Source: Candidatus Bathyarchaeota archaeon
GTDB taxonomy: Archaea; Thermoproteota; Bathyarchaeia; 40CM-2-53-6
Assembly (NCBI GenBank): GCA_963726255.1
Contig: CAVSBL010000002.1
Coordinates: 192,001-256,000, forward strand
Direction: 5' to 3'
Length of the DNA: 64,000 bases
The position numbers were made by a program, and so were the translations under genes. Below the pieces are notes generated by a model, which was given only the letters and a program-made list of their open reading frames with translations, had not been told where the DNA came from and did not search any database. Positions within the stretch are counted from its first letter, which is position 1; each line of letters begins with the position of its first letter. This document shows positions 38,854 through 49,460 of this stretch, one piece after another.

Positions 38854-41598
38854 ATGATGGAGCATACGGAACGAACTGGCGCGCCTCAGCGACTTTTCGC
38901 CTTTTCAGGCTTGATTATTGTAGCGTTGGTCTTCGTCGGCGTGATCTTCTACGGGCTTTCAGTGTACTTGGATTGGATTGTACTCCAGTACATGTACCTT
39001 TCCAAGGCGGGGCTCAACTGGTTCTCGATAAACTTCTATCACAACAACACATTCATCGTCGCCGCTGTGCTAGCGCTTCTCTTCGTCAACCCGATTCCCA
39101 GGAGGAGTCATCTCTTTGAGTGTTTGTCGGCGCTAGGCGGCGCATTCGCCCGCGTCAGAGGCGAAGAGGAAACAGTCTCGCTCGGCTTCGGCAAGGTTGT
39201 CTGGTTGTTCTGGCAGGTGGCGAAGTGGGGTGTTGCATTTTCGGTGATCACAACCGCGAATGGCATACCAGGCTTCGACAACATGACGCTCGTGATCACA
39301 ATGCTACAAAGCGGATTAGGCAACTGGCACCAGGTCTTGAGCGTCTTTCAGCTTCCGATGGTTCCAGTTTCAGGAACCGAGCTTGTTGCGCTGATGCCCA
39401 CTATGGAAGTTCAGTATCGTCTAATCTATGACATCGTTATTGCGGTCGTTTTTGTCGCGGTACTCAGGCTCGTTCTGATGAGCCTCCGCGACTTCACTCG
39501 CATGAAGACAAACGCTTGGATGAGGGATCTATTCCTGATCCTATCTCTATTGGTTCTCGTAGTGGTTGTAGGTGCCCCATATTGGGTCATGAACATTGTA
39601 ACACCCAACGATTATCTGATCGCAGTCACAGTCTTGATAGGCTTCCTTCTCATCGCAGCGTCTTTCCAATTCGGAGTCATACGACGAACTATAGGCATGA
39701 AGCGCCGCAAACGCTGGGCAGTCTACGTCCTTGGCTTGCTGTTTCTCGCCATCCTCATCGTGAACATAGGCTTCGTCGCAGGCTACTCCCTGAACTGGAA
39801 CAATAACTGGACGAACTATGAATGGAAACCCATGACGATGAAGGAGATCGAGGTCACGCGGTGGGCGGCAGGAATCCAGAACGTCACTGAGGCGCCCCTC
39901 TCAAGCCTTCCCGCAGGCAACACTAGTATAATCGTCTCGCTGGTTCGACAATGGGACCACGATGCATCTTATACGAAGATGAAAAATCAGATAGGCGTTA
40001 ATTGGATGCAGCTCAGCGCGTCGCAGATAATCTACCTTAACGGCCATGAGTACTGGGCTGCTCCTACTACGATCAACTACCCGACCGATGACTGGATAAG
40101 CCATCACCTGATTTACACTCACGCTGCCAAAATTATCGTAATCGATAGCCACACGGGCGATTACGTTTCGGTTCAGAAGGCATTCGGAGTCAACGCGGAA
40201 CCTTCGATCTACTATGGCGAGCAACTCGCAGATGATGTCTACGTTCATGTAAGAGGCTTCGAGGAAATAGGAAACGCCTCCTACACCGGCGAGCCTGACT
40301 ATGTTCTGTCAGGCTGGCAACGGATGTTGTGGTTCCTCGTGAAGCAAGGTCAGGTTGGCTTCGCATTCAGCCCTCCCCAGGAGGATATCATGATGCTGCA
40401 CAACCGTGACGTTTACCAGAGAGTGCAAGGCATACTCATTAATGGACTGACAACGGACCGCGCAAGCTACCTCGTCACAGACGGTACCCGCATCTATTAC
40501 CTCGTGCAAGTCTATACAGATTACCCGATTCATTCCGGATTCTCCGGAAGCAATTACCTCCGATTTTTCGGTGTAGTTCTGGTGGACGTTGAAGACGGAC
40601 GCATGTATCCTTATGTTATTGCGAAACCGGACGGTTTTCTAGTCGACTTCTACAGGCAATATTATTCTTCATGGAAAGCACCGCCGGACTGGCTTGTCGC
40701 CCAGCTGCGTTATCCTGAGGACCTGCTCGGGACTGCCGACAACCCTGGACAATTGGATGTAGCTTTCAGATACCACGTGAGCGACCCATTCATCTGGCGA
40801 TCAGGATCTGACTTCTATGAGCGACCAGAAGCCACGGAAGTGCTCTATATTCTAGCCACATCCGGAAACCGTGCAGACTTTGTAGGGCTACAGCTCGTAG
40901 AATACCAACTATCTCCCGGCAGAAATCTTGCCGGGATGTTCATCGCGTATGGTAGTGATCAGTTGGGAAGGTTGAATCTCTACAGAATATCAAATTCAAC
41001 GACACAGCTGATCGGGCCATCCGCCGCTCTCCAAGCCGTTGAAACCGACGACTACGTACGCCAACAGTTAACGCTGTTACCGAACTACAGGCTGGGCAAC
41101 ATCTTGCTGTATCTGATCGGCGACCACCTGTACTATTTCATTCCAGTCTACATCAACACACAAGTCGAGAATGCTGTAATCACAAAAATGGCGTTCGTGA
41201 CGATCATCGACGCATCGACAGGCGCTAGGGTGGCGGTTGGAGAAGACTCAGCTCAAGCATACTACGCAATCTCCGGCGGGACTCCCCTCATACTGGGGTC
41301 TGCGGAGCGTCAGACGAAACTCAACTCCGTATTCACAAACAAGGGATACTCACTAATCAGCCCGAATAAGATAAACGCGAATGTCGAAATTCAAGTCGGT
41401 AACATCACCTTCACCGATGAGACACAGTGGACTTCCGTCAATGCTACAGTGAACAATTTCATCGCAAGTTACTCTCAGAAATACAAAGTGTCAGAAATCT
41501 ACTATTGGACCTCGCCAGACGGGAGCATCAACTATGGGGTACTCATCTCCGATAGCGGAGTCGTGAAACTCTACTATATCAGCATCCAGATCAGGTAG
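38854..41598 (+). CDS. UPF0182-family membrane protein
   Basis: N-terminal TM bundle; VRQWD, HLIYTH, IYYGE, QLRYPEDL, GNILLY motifs. Confidence 0.82.
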   Translation: MMEHTERTGAPQRLFAFSGLIIVALVFVGVIFYGLSVYLDWIVLQYMYLSKAGLNWFSINFYHNNTFIVAAVLALLFVNPIPRRSHLFECLSALGGAFARVRGEEETVSLGFGKVVWLFWQVAKWGVAFSVITTANGIPGFDNMTLVITMLQSGLGNWHQVLSVFQLPMVPVSGTELVALMPTMEVQYRLIYDIVIAVVFVAVLRLVLMSLRDFTRMKTNAWMRDLFLILSLLVLVVVVGAPYWVMNIVTPNDYLIAVTVLIGFLLIAASFQFGVIRRTIGMKRRKRWAVYVLGLLFLAILIVNIGFVAGYSLNWNNNWTNYEWKPMTMKEIEVTRWAAGIQNVTEAPLSSLPAGNTSIIVSLVRQWDHDASYTKMKNQIGVNWMQLSASQIIYLNGHEYWAAPTTINYPTDDWISHHLIYTHAAKIIVIDSHTGDYVSVQKAFGVNAEPSIYYGEQLADDVYVHVRGFEEIGNASYTGEPDYVLSGWQRMLWFLVKQGQVGFAFSPPQEDIMMLHNRDVYQRVQGILINGLTTDRASYLVTDGTRIYYLVQVYTDYPIHSGFSGSNYLRFFGVVLVDVEDGRMYPYVIAKPDGFLVDFYRQYYSSWKAPPDWLVAQLRYPEDLLGTADNPGQLDVAFRYHVSDPFIWRSGSDFYERPEATEVLYILATSGNRADFVGLQLVEYQLSPGRNLAGMFIAYGSDQLGRLNLYRISNSTTQLIGPSAALQAVETDDYVRQQLTLLPNYRLGNILLYLIGDHLYYFIPVYINTQVENAVITKMAFVTIIDASTGARVAVGEDSAQAYYAISGGTPLILGSAERQTKLNSVFTNKGYSLISPNKINANVEIQVGNITFTDETQWTSVNATVNNFIASYSQKYKVSEIYYWTSPDGSINYGVLISDSGVVKLYYISIQIR

Positions 41599-41608
41599 GT
41601 GCAGGTCA

Positions 41609-41902
41609 TTGGAAGTCGTGCGGGAAGAGTTTGAACTGTGGCTGACGAGCAGGTATTCGAACCCTTTCTGGCTTGGACATCACAGATTCGAGAAAACCGC
41701 AACGGGCGAGATCCGCGTAGACAACGGCATATTCAACAGAGAAGAAGCGGTTATACTCTTCCGGATGCTCAAGTCACGCGACCCGTTCACCCGTCTCAAC
41801 GCTAAGTTTGTGATCTGGGAGAGAAACCGAACTCTCCTTATTCTCCTCTTGGTTGGAACGATCTTGCTGCTTGCACTTGTAGTCATAAGGATCCGAAGAT
41901 AG
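41609..41902 (+). CDS. Hypothetical protein with C-terminal TM helix
   Basis: 97 aa, 10 nt after UPF0182 stop, GGTG SD-like. Confidence 0.65.
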   Translation: MEVVREEFELWLTSRYSNPFWLGHHRFEKTATGEIRVDNGIFNREEAVILFRMLKSRDPFTRLNAKFVIWERNRTLLILLLVGTILLLALVVIRIRR

Positions 41903-41948
41903 CGCATCCAATCCCGTTGGAAAACATCAGTTCCCACGTGGTGATGTG

Positions 41949-43670
41949 TTAGGCTGCTGATTGGTTCGGGGGTTGAAACGTTGGTGGTAGCGCTTCCTTG
42001 AACCAGTCGGGTATGTATGGCCAGCAGTCTATGACGAGTTTCTGGAAGTTTCCGTCCACCACATAGAAACCTGCCTTGTCATCGTCGGCTCTAATCGCCC
42101 GCCCATACGCCTGAATTACCTCCATCATTGCTTGGTTCTCATACCACCTCCTGTGACCCAACTCCAGACGGCGGCTCGTTCGTCGATCACTGAGGTCCCC
42201 GAAAGGGACCTTCAAAAGGATCTGAGCGTCGCAGAGCTCGTACTTCCAGTCTTGGCCTTCGTTGAAGGCGACGGAGACGAATACTTTTCCTCGGGAGCGC
42301 ATCCACTCCCGGAGTTTCTCTTCTCGGTTACGGTTCGTGTGTACAATTAGGCGTGGTTTCAGGTCTGCGGGAAGGTGCTCGACTAGCGCTCGTTGGTGGC
42401 GGTAGCTATGTGAATGGATTGCTACCTTGCCTTTTTCCTTCCTGAGGATCGCCGCGACCATCTTGACTGCCTGGGGCATGTTCTTCTCCCATTCTTGTCT
42501 TGACAGGGGGCCGACGGTTGCATCGATTATCGGGCGGTTCTTGACTGGGAAGGTGCTTGGCGCCTGGAGAACGCAAATCTCGTCCCGTTCGAGAATCGTT
42601 GTGAGGCCGGTCAACTCGACGAATTTCTCCGGGTCAAGGATGGTGGCGGAGGAAATTATGTAATACTCAGCTCGCTTCCAGATGAGTTGCTTCATGAATT
42701 CCTTCGCGAATACCGGTTGTAGGAGTAGTTGGTCGTTCCTGATCTGCCAGACCCATTCTGACTGCGAGTTCATGTAGAGGTAGTAGCTGGCGACGTATCG
42801 CTCAATGAGTTCCTTGTTCTCGGTTTGTATTACAGAGAGTCCTGAGGCCTCGGATTTATGTTTCAGCTGCTCCAAGAGTTTGCTTAGTTTCGACTCCAAG
42901 TTTTCCAGGAATCTTCCTAGGCCTACGTCCGACTCCACTTCGCGGAGGGCGGGGAGTATTTCGTCGTAGATGTCGTACGGTATCGAGAACGGGGATAGGC
43001 GAACTGAGATGTGGTTGAGGCATTGCTCTTCCAAGTTGTGTGCTTCGTCCAGAACCATCAAGGGCCTGGTTCCGAGGTAGGTTTCACTTCGGCCCTCCGT
43101 CTGGCCCTCCGAAATGAGGTATGCGAGGCTGAGGAGGACGCTCGGAGCTTTGAGCGCGCGCATCTTCTGCATCCAGTACGGGCAGATGTCCACGCGTTCG
43201 TTGCAGGGGTACTGCTCGGTCTCACATTTCCCGACCTGCACACCTCTACTCGGGTTGTAGTAGCATCGGTAGTTCTGTCTGCCTTTGATCTCCACAAATC
43301 GCTTCTCCAAAAAGGGGTCTCGCATGATCTGGTCAATTAAGGCGAGTTGGGGTGTTGCATAGAAGGAACGGGTGGCCGATGTGAAGGAGGCGTTTACGTA
43401 GGATTTTCCAGCGCCTGTCGGGGCTACGAGGAGTATGCACTTTACGCCGGAAGTGAACGCTTCGACCATCTTAGTAATAGTTTCCTTTTGGTGTTGGCGA
43501 AAAGTTCGGCTCGGAAATAGGTCAAGCACGTCCTGCGGAGTTAGTTGGTTTGGATTAATCTCCTTCGAGTGGACGGGCGGTCTGCTCCTTGGCCCACAAG
43601 TTGCGCATTGCGTGAGGCCCGCTGGGATGTAAGCTCCACAGTCTCGGCAGAAATCAACCATCACTAGCAC
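41949..43670 (-). CDS. DinG/XPD/Rad3-like SF2 helicase with Fe-S cysteines and N-terminal Zn ribbon
   Basis: APTGAGKS, four-Cys cluster after KGRQNY, DEAH, SAT, QAYGRAIR. Confidence 0.88.
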   Translation of the reverse strand: MLVMVDFCRDCGAYIPAGLTQCATCGPRSRPPVHSKEINPNQLTPQDVLDLFPSRTFRQHQKETITKMVEAFTSGVKCILLVAPTGAGKSYVNASFTSATRSFYATPQLALIDQIMRDPFLEKRFVEIKGRQNYRCYYNPSRGVQVGKCETEQYPCNERVDICPYWMQKMRALKAPSVLLSLAYLISEGQTEGRSETYLGTRPLMVLDEAHNLEEQCLNHISVRLSPFSIPYDIYDEILPALREVESDVGLGRFLENLESKLSKLLEQLKHKSEASGLSVIQTENKELIERYVASYYLYMNSQSEWVWQIRNDQLLLQPVFAKEFMKQLIWKRAEYYIISSATILDPEKFVELTGLTTILERDEICVLQAPSTFPVKNRPIIDATVGPLSRQEWEKNMPQAVKMVAAILRKEKGKVAIHSHSYRHQRALVEHLPADLKPRLIVHTNRNREEKLREWMRSRGKVFVSVAFNEGQDWKYELCDAQILLKVPFGDLSDRRTSRRLELGHRRWYENQAMMEVIQAYGRAIRADDDKAGFYVVDGNFQKLVIDCWPYIPDWFKEALPPTFQPPNQSAA

Positions 43671-43881
43671 CTAATCTAACTGTGGAAGCCGTTAGTTTCC
43701 CCTGTGTTCTGTTCGTGTGCGAGACATGGTTCTTAGTTAAATTTCTTGAGGGCTGTAGGATTGTCGATGTTTTCGTTCCTCGGTCTCCCTCATTCGTCCC
43801 CAACGGGGATGGGACGCAACCGTAAAGAATGTCGAACTAAATTGCTGGTTTGAACTTGATGCTCATGCATCGGTTGGTGGT

Positions 43882-45063
43882 ATGTCCCGCTTGTTGAATC
43901 CGAGTTTTCGTCGGGTGCTCCCAGCCTATGTTACTCTGTTTCTGTGGAGTGTTTCTTGGTCTGTTACAATCACGGGCCCTGTGCTGCCTCTCTACATTGA
44001 ATCGCTTGGAATTGGAATCGTCGGATGGAGCACGTTGGCCGCTGCGTTCGCTTTGGGGATGTTTCTTTTCGAATGGATGTGGGGGAACCTAAGTGACAGA
44101 ACTAATCGGAAACATCTCATGATTTTTTCGCTGATATGCATGAGTGCAATCCTTGTACTCTACACGCATCACGGTTCCTTTTTCTTCTTCCTAATTCTGC
44201 AACTACTTACAGGAGCGGTTGGAGTCGTAATCGGACCAACAACCAGAACATCTGTTTCGGAGGAATCTTCCTCGAACTCCGCCGGGCTCTATGCGAGTCT
44301 TTGGTGGGTTTTTCTCTCAATCGGCAGCATCATAGGCCCTTTAATCGGCACGTACATTGCCCAAACCTGGTCGTTTGAATACTCGTTCTACGCCTCATCT
44401 GCGCTGAGTATTCTCTTGATTTTCATTGTGCTCTGGTCGTTTCCTCGTAGCCGCCAATTAGCAGGCACCGTCAAGAGTATGAGCTATGGCCTTACTTCCA
44501 CCTTGCACAGGCGTTCGGCACAATTACTTTTTCTGTCAGCGATTCTTGCTTTCATGGGATTCTCTATTGTCCGCTCATTTCTTCCCCTCTACGTGTCAGG
44601 GCGGATGGGGATGTCAACCGTTCAGGTTGGGACGCTCATTTCAACTGTTGCTACTTCTCAGTTGGTTGCAATCCTGTTTCTCGGCTGGGTTTCCGACAGG
44701 TTTGGCCGAAAGCCCATGACTATCGTTGCGTTCTTGCTTTGTTCGGGCTCATTCTTGCTCTATCTTGTCGCGGACACCGCGTTCCAGGTTTTCCTTGTTT
44801 CCATTGCCGCAGGCCTAGGCCTGTCAGCATCGCTAATGTTGCTCTCCCTCGTACCGGATGTCACGCCCAAGAGAATGTATGGCACAGTCGTAGGCATCTA
44901 TGGCTCGTGTGAAGACCTGGGTATAATCATGGGGCCACTCGTCTATGGCTTAGTGTGGACTGCTATTGGGCCCATCTACATTTTTGTTGCAAGCTCAATA
45001 ACGCAAATCCTCGCGGCCACCCTAGTATTTGCAATTAGGCAACAGCGCTCCAGCAACCGATAG
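43882..45063 (+). CDS. MFS transporter
   Basis: G.LSDRTNRK and GWVSDRFGRK loop motifs; about 12 TM. Confidence 0.9.
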   Translation: MSRLLNPSFRRVLPAYVTLFLWSVSWSVTITGPVLPLYIESLGIGIVGWSTLAAAFALGMFLFEWMWGNLSDRTNRKHLMIFSLICMSAILVLYTHHGSFFFFLILQLLTGAVGVVIGPTTRTSVSEESSSNSAGLYASLWWVFLSIGSIIGPLIGTYIAQTWSFEYSFYASSALSILLIFIVLWSFPRSRQLAGTVKSMSYGLTSTLHRRSAQLLFLSAILAFMGFSIVRSFLPLYVSGRMGMSTVQVGTLISTVATSQLVAILFLGWVSDRFGRKPMTIVAFLLCSGSFLLYLVADTAFQVFLVSIAAGLGLSASLMLLSLVPDVTPKRMYGTVVGIYGSCEDLGIIMGPLVYGLVWTAIGPIYIFVASSITQILAATLVFAIRQQRSSNR

Positions 45064-45282
45064 CGGATCGAAATGATGTCTAGAATATCTTATACACTAC
45101 CATTCGGGGCGGAACAGTAATCTGGGTCAATGGCTTATCTAGAGCACGGGCCGGTAATGACAGCGTTCTCCTATCCAATCCGGTTCATGCGGAGAATAGT
45201 CGCACCCTTATAGTTCGCAACCACAGCGAATCTCTCTTCATATACTCAACCGAGCCCTGGGGGAAGCTAGGCGTGGTGTAGT

Positions 45283-45753
45283 TTGGTGAATCCAATAGCG
45301 GTTCTGGAGACGAGCATGGGCGTGATCAAGTTGGAGTTGTTCACCACTGAAACTCCGATCACAGTTCAAAACTTCATGAAACTCTGCAAGAACGGCTTCT
45401 ATGATAACCTAACCTTCCACCGTGTTATTGACGGTTTCATGATTCAAGGCGGCTGTCCACGCGGAGACGGGTCAGGCGGCCCAGGCTATGTTATCAAGGA
45501 CGAGTTTGTGGCAAGCCTGAAACATAACGCGCCAGGTATGCTATCAATGGCAAACGCCGGGCCAAACACTGGCGGCTCACAATTCTTCATCACACTCGCA
45601 CCCACACCCTGGCTCGACGGAAAACACACCATATTCGGAAAAGTCATCGAGGGCATGGATGTCGTGCAATCAATCGGCAAAGTTCGAACGGACAATCACG
45701 ACCGGCCTCTCGAAGCCGTGAAGCTAAAATCCGCCAACATCATTGAACCATAG
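45283..45753 (+). CDS. Cyclophilin-type peptidyl-prolyl isomerase
   Basis: [39 protein letters not shown]. Confidence 0.96.
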   Translation: MVNPIAVLETSMGVIKLELFTTETPITVQNFMKLCKNGFYDNLTFHRVIDGFMIQGGCPRGDGSGGPGYVIKDEFVASLKHNAPGMLSMANAGPNTGGSQFFITLAPTPWLDGKHTIFGKVIEGMDVVQSIGKVRTDNHDRPLEAVKLKSANIIEP

Positions 45754-45804
45754 GCATCGATCTCTCTCTACGTCATGTTCCTCAGTTGGCGTGCGATACG
45801 CGCT

Positions 45805-46515
45805 CTATCGTGTCAGAGAGGCTTTTCTTTTCAGGTATTGGATGAAATGTGGCGGGTCAATTGACTTCGGGCAGGCGTCCGCGCAGTTGAAGACGGTGTG
45901 GCATCGCCAGACGCCATCTTCGCATCCGACCAACATGAGGCGCTCGCGTTTGGCGGTATCCCTGCTGTCAGCAATGAAACGTGCGGCTTTCACGAGTGCG
46001 GCGGGGCCGGGGTACGATGGGTCGGTCCATGTCATGGGGCAAGATGAGAAGCAGGCTGCGCAATCGATGCAGTCGATGGCGACGTCAATCGCTTGCCTTT
46101 GCTTCTGTGATTGTAAGAATTCTCTTTCCGGGTACGGTTCATGGCTTTCGAAGTAGGGTTTCACCATGCCCATCTTTTGGAAGAAGGGGTGAAGGTCAAC
46201 TACCAAGTCGCGGATGATAGGTAGATGCGGTAAGGGTCCGATGGTGATCGTTGAACCTAGCGTGTCGATCTGGGTTTTGCACGCGAGTCGTTGCCGTCCG
46301 TTGATGTAAGTGGTGCAGCTTCCGCATACCGCGCTTCTACACGAATAGCGGAAAGCAAGCGTCCCGTCTTCTTTCTCAAGGACCTGGAACAACGCATCTA
46401 GAACGGTCATGCCGGGTTTTGTGGGGACATCGAAGGCGTCATAGTGTGGTTCCGCTTCGTTCTTCGGATCGTAGCGTTGAATCCTTAGGCGAACGGTGTT
46501 AGACCGGGGCGTCAA
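45805..46515 (-). CDS. sdhB: Succinate dehydrogenase/fumarate reductase Fe-S subunit
   Basis: SCRSAVCGSC..LAC; CIDCAAC...CP; CHTVFNC...CP. Confidence 0.95.
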   Translation of the reverse strand: MTPRSNTVRLRIQRYDPKNEAEPHYDAFDVPTKPGMTVLDALFQVLEKEDGTLAFRYSCRSAVCGSCTTYINGRQRLACKTQIDTLGSTITIGPLPHLPIIRDLVVDLHPFFQKMGMVKPYFESHEPYPEREFLQSQKQRQAIDVAIDCIDCAACFSSCPMTWTDPSYPGPAALVKAARFIADSRDTAKRERLMLVGCEDGVWRCHTVFNCADACPKSIDPPHFIQYLKRKASLTR

Positions 46516-48209
46516 TACTTTCTCTCCTCCGGTTGGTACCGAGTTATCGTCACAGGTGAGAAGTCGATTCGGGCGCCGTCGGCCGTCTTGTAGACGAGCG
46601 TATGCTTCAAGAAGTTAACATCGTCCCGCTGCGGAAAATCAAGGCGCACGTGTGAGCCACGTGATTCTTTACGACTCAAGGCGGAGGCAACTATTACTTC
46701 ACTCAGTTCCAGCATATCTTCAAGTTCGATTGTGCGGATTAGGTCGAGATTGTACACCTTATGGCCATTTACTGGCCTGAGGTTGCGAAGCCTCACCTTC
46801 AGCTCCTTTATCGCCGAGGCTGCCTCCTCGAGCCCCTGTCTGTTCCTGAACAGGAATACCTTGTCGACCATTAGGCTTCGCATTTCTTCGCGAATAGTCC
46901 ATGGGTCTTCTTCTCCTCCTCCGTTGAAGAGCGCGGAGAAATGTTGCTGCTCTCTTCTCAGCGCGTCCCTGCAGCTTATTTCGTCTGTCCCATCGACAGG
47001 AATACTCTTTGCGAATTTTCCTGCTTCTTCCCCGGCTATTTTTCCGAAGACAACCGTTTCAAGCAGTGAGTTTCCGCCCAACCTGTTTGCGCCGTGAACG
47101 CTGACGCATGCGCATTCGCCCGCGGCGTAGAGGCCTTTGATTGTGGTTTGGCATCTTATGTTGCAATCCACTCCGCCCATTGTGTAATGCTGGGCTGGCT
47201 GGACGGGGATCGTTTTCGTGATCGGGTCGACGGCAGCAAAATCCATCGCAATGTCGCGTATGCCGGGGAGGTTGCTGAGAATCTTCTTCTTTCCGAGGTG
47301 GCGAACGTCTAGCTCAACATAGAGGCCATTTACACCTCGTCCCGCATCGATCTCTTTCTGAATTGAGCGGCTGACAATGTCGCGGGGAGCAAGCTCCATA
47401 GCCTTAGGGGCGTAGCGTTGCATGAAGCGCTCGCCTTGGGAGTTCACGAGGTAGCCGCCCTCGCCGCGGGCTCCCTCAGTAATCAAAATACAGGTCGGGT
47501 AGAGCGCGGTGGGGTGGAATTGTACAAATTCCATATCTTTCAACGCGACCCCTGCCCGGTACGCCATAGCCATTCCGCTGCCGGTGTTGATCATCGAGTT
47601 AGTTGATTTCCCGTAAATCCAGCCTGCACCACCCGTAGCTAAAATGACCGCTTTCGCCCGGAAGGCCTCTACTTCGCCGGTCAGGATATCGAGGGCTACG
47701 AGGCCTTTGACGGCGTCGTTCTCAACGATAAGGGAAGTGACGAGCCATTCCTCGTATACCTTCACATTTCGCTTTAGGACCTGCTCATAGGCTGTGACGA
47801 GTAGGTAGTGTCCCGTTTTATCGGCTGCGAAGCACGTTCGAGGGTAACCTGCCCCACCGAACGGCCTTTGTGCGATTTTACCGTTCTCGGTTCGGCTGAA
47901 GGGGCAACCCCAGTGTTCCATTTCAATTATCCGGGACGGGGCTTCCTTCGTCATGAGTTCGACGGCGTCTTGGTCGGCTAGGAAGTCGCTGCCCTTGATT
48001 GTATCATATGCATGCTTCTCCCAGTTGTCGTCGCGGTTCGCCTCAATGTTACCCAGCGCTGCGTTGATACCGCCCTGCGCCGCCCCCGTGTGTGATCTTA
48101 GCGGGTGGACTCGACTGAAGATACACGTGTCCGCGTAACGGGACGATTCGATTGCTGCACGGAGGCCTGCGAGGCCACCGCCAACTATGATCACATCATG
48201 CGATATCGT
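46512..48209 (-). CDS. sdhA: Succinate dehydrogenase/fumarate reductase flavoprotein (start 48194 GTG or 48209 ACG)
   Basis: GGGLAG, SHTGAAQGGI covalent-FAD His, QFHPT, ELAPRD, HYTMGG, HGANRLGGNSL. Confidence 0.96.
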   Translation of the reverse strand, partial: TISHDVIIVGGGLAGLRAAIESSRYADTCIFSRVHPLRSHTGAAQGGINAALGNIEANRDDNWEKHAYDTIKGSDFLADQDAVELMTKEAPSRIIEMEHWGCPFSRTENGKIAQRPFGGAGYPRTCFAADKTGHYLLVTAYEQVLKRNVKVYEEWLVTSLIVENDAVKGLVALDILTGEVEAFRAKAVILATGGAGWIYGKSTNSMINTGSGMAMAYRAGVALKDMEFVQFHPTALYPTCILITEGARGEGGYLVNSQGERFMQRYAPKAMELAPRDIVSRSIQKEIDAGRGVNGLYVELDVRHLGKKKILSNLPGIRDIAMDFAAVDPITKTIPVQPAQHYTMGGVDCNIRCQTTIKGLYAAGECACVSVHGANRLGGNSLLETVVFGKIAGEEAGKFAKSIPVDGTDEISCRDALRREQQHFSALFNGGGEEDPWTIREEMRSLMVDKVFLFRNRQGLEEAASAIKELKVRLRNLRPVNGHKVYNLDLIRTIELEDMLELSEVIVASALSRKESRGSHVRLDFPQRDDVNFLKHTLVYKTADGARIDFSPVTITRYQPEERKY

Positions 48210-48220
48210 ACCCTATCCCC

Positions 48221-48553
48221 TCATCTAGTGAACACCAATGGCCAGAAACCGTACACCCCAAAAAGAAAAGCGGCAAACCCTAACATCACCAGGCTTACGG
48301 ACAAGTAATGTCTCCCTTGTGACCCAAGTCCGAAATCCAGTACTATTGACCTCACACCGTTGAGGCCGTGAAATAGAGCCAGGCTCAGTAGGGTGAGGTC
48401 GACGAGCGCTCTCAAAGATGTGGCCCAATCAGTCGAAAAGTTCGACACCCACAGGTGCAGTCCCAGAAAGACCACGAGAAGTACCGCTGTGATTCGTTGA
48501 AGAATCCAGAGGCCGACACTTTTCCGCAAACTCTGTTTCATCTCTCGTTTCAC
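48221..48553 (-). CDS. sdhD: Succinate dehydrogenase membrane anchor
   Basis: WILQRITA..HL..; FHGLNGVR. Confidence 0.85.
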   Translation of the reverse strand: MKREMKQSLRKSVGLWILQRITAVLLVVFLGLHLWVSNFSTDWATSLRALVDLTLLSLALFHGLNGVRSIVLDFGLGSQGRHYLSVSLVMLGFAAFLFGVYGFWPLVFTR

Positions 48554-48972
48554 CCACCGTGCAGCATTGGCAGGGCGAACGTGATGACGTAGGCCGTTGT
48601 GAGGATGGCTATGACCATCGTTACCCAGAAGAACAGCCTATGTTTCCGAACGCCAATGCCCAAGTCCAACAACACAATTCGGACACCGTTCAATCCGTGA
48701 AAAGCAACAATGCCTAGGATTATCAAGTCGAAAGCTACCGTGGTGGAGCCGCCTGCCCAAAACGGGTTTCTAAGCACGTCGAACACCTCGGTCATAGAAC
48801 CAGTCGTAATGCCAAAGTTCGCTTGGGCAATCGCCATGATGTGGGTGAGCAGGAAAAAGACCAAGTAGAGTCCAGACACACGTTGAATCACCCAAGCATA
48901 CATTCCAAGCCTCATGTTTCGCGGGTTCAGGTCACTACTTCTGTCAACGAGCTTCCTCGTCCATCTAACCAA
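48550..48972 (-). CDS. sdhC: Succinate dehydrogenase cytochrome b subunit
   Basis: GMYAWVIQRVSG..THI; FHGLNGVRIVLLD. Confidence 0.87.
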   Translation of the reverse strand: MVRWTRKLVDRSSDLNPRNMRLGMYAWVIQRVSGLYLVFFLLTHIMAIAQANFGITTGSMTEVFDVLRNPFWAGGSTTVAFDLIILGIVAFHGLNGVRIVLLDLGIGVRKHRLFFWVTMVIAILTTAYVITFALPMLHGG

Positions 48973-48989
48973 ATTGATTCACTCTCCCC

Positions 48990-49199
48990 TCAATCCCAGC
49001 CGTAGAACACAACAGAAGCTGCATAGAGTAAAGCGGCGAAGCAGAGTATTGCCAATCCCGCGAATGCTGCGAAGATTTTCTCGTACCCGCCCATGTCAGC
49101 AACCATAGCTTCATATAGAAAGGCGAATTCGAGGATAATGAGCAACACAGCCAACGCTACCCAACCCTGGGAAATATTATCCGTACTGTGACCACTCAC
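48990..49199 (-). CDS. Small two-TM hypothetical protein
   Basis: 69 aa, abuts upstream ORF, within respiratory cluster. Confidence 0.7.
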   Translation of the reverse strand: MSGHSTDNISQGWVALAVLLIILEFAFLYEAMVADMGGYEKIFAAFAGLAILCFAALLYAASVVFYGWD

Positions 49200-49460
49200 T
49201 TACTCGAACCATCCAACTCTGTTGTGTATGCGCTCCGCCCGCTTGTCCACTCTATAGACCTCTCGTGCCAGATAGGCCACTGATGCAATTACGACGACTA
49301 GGTCGCCAACAATCGAGGCCGCGTTCGATGCGTTCAAGCCGGTTCTGGCGGCATGAAGGAGAAGCGGCATCAAGTTCGAAACCGCATACGTACCGACGAC
49401 AAACGCTACGGCAAGAAGAAGCATACGTGCGGCGCGCCTAGTCGAAGAATTAACTTTCAT
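49200..49460 (-). CDS. Small two-TM hypothetical protein
   Basis: 86 aa, ATGA overlap with subunit IV gene. Confidence 0.7.
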   Translation of the reverse strand: MKVNSSTRRAARMLLLAVAFVVGTYAVSNLMPLLLHAARTGLNASNAASIVGDLVVVIASVAYLAREVYRVDKRAERIHNRVGWFE

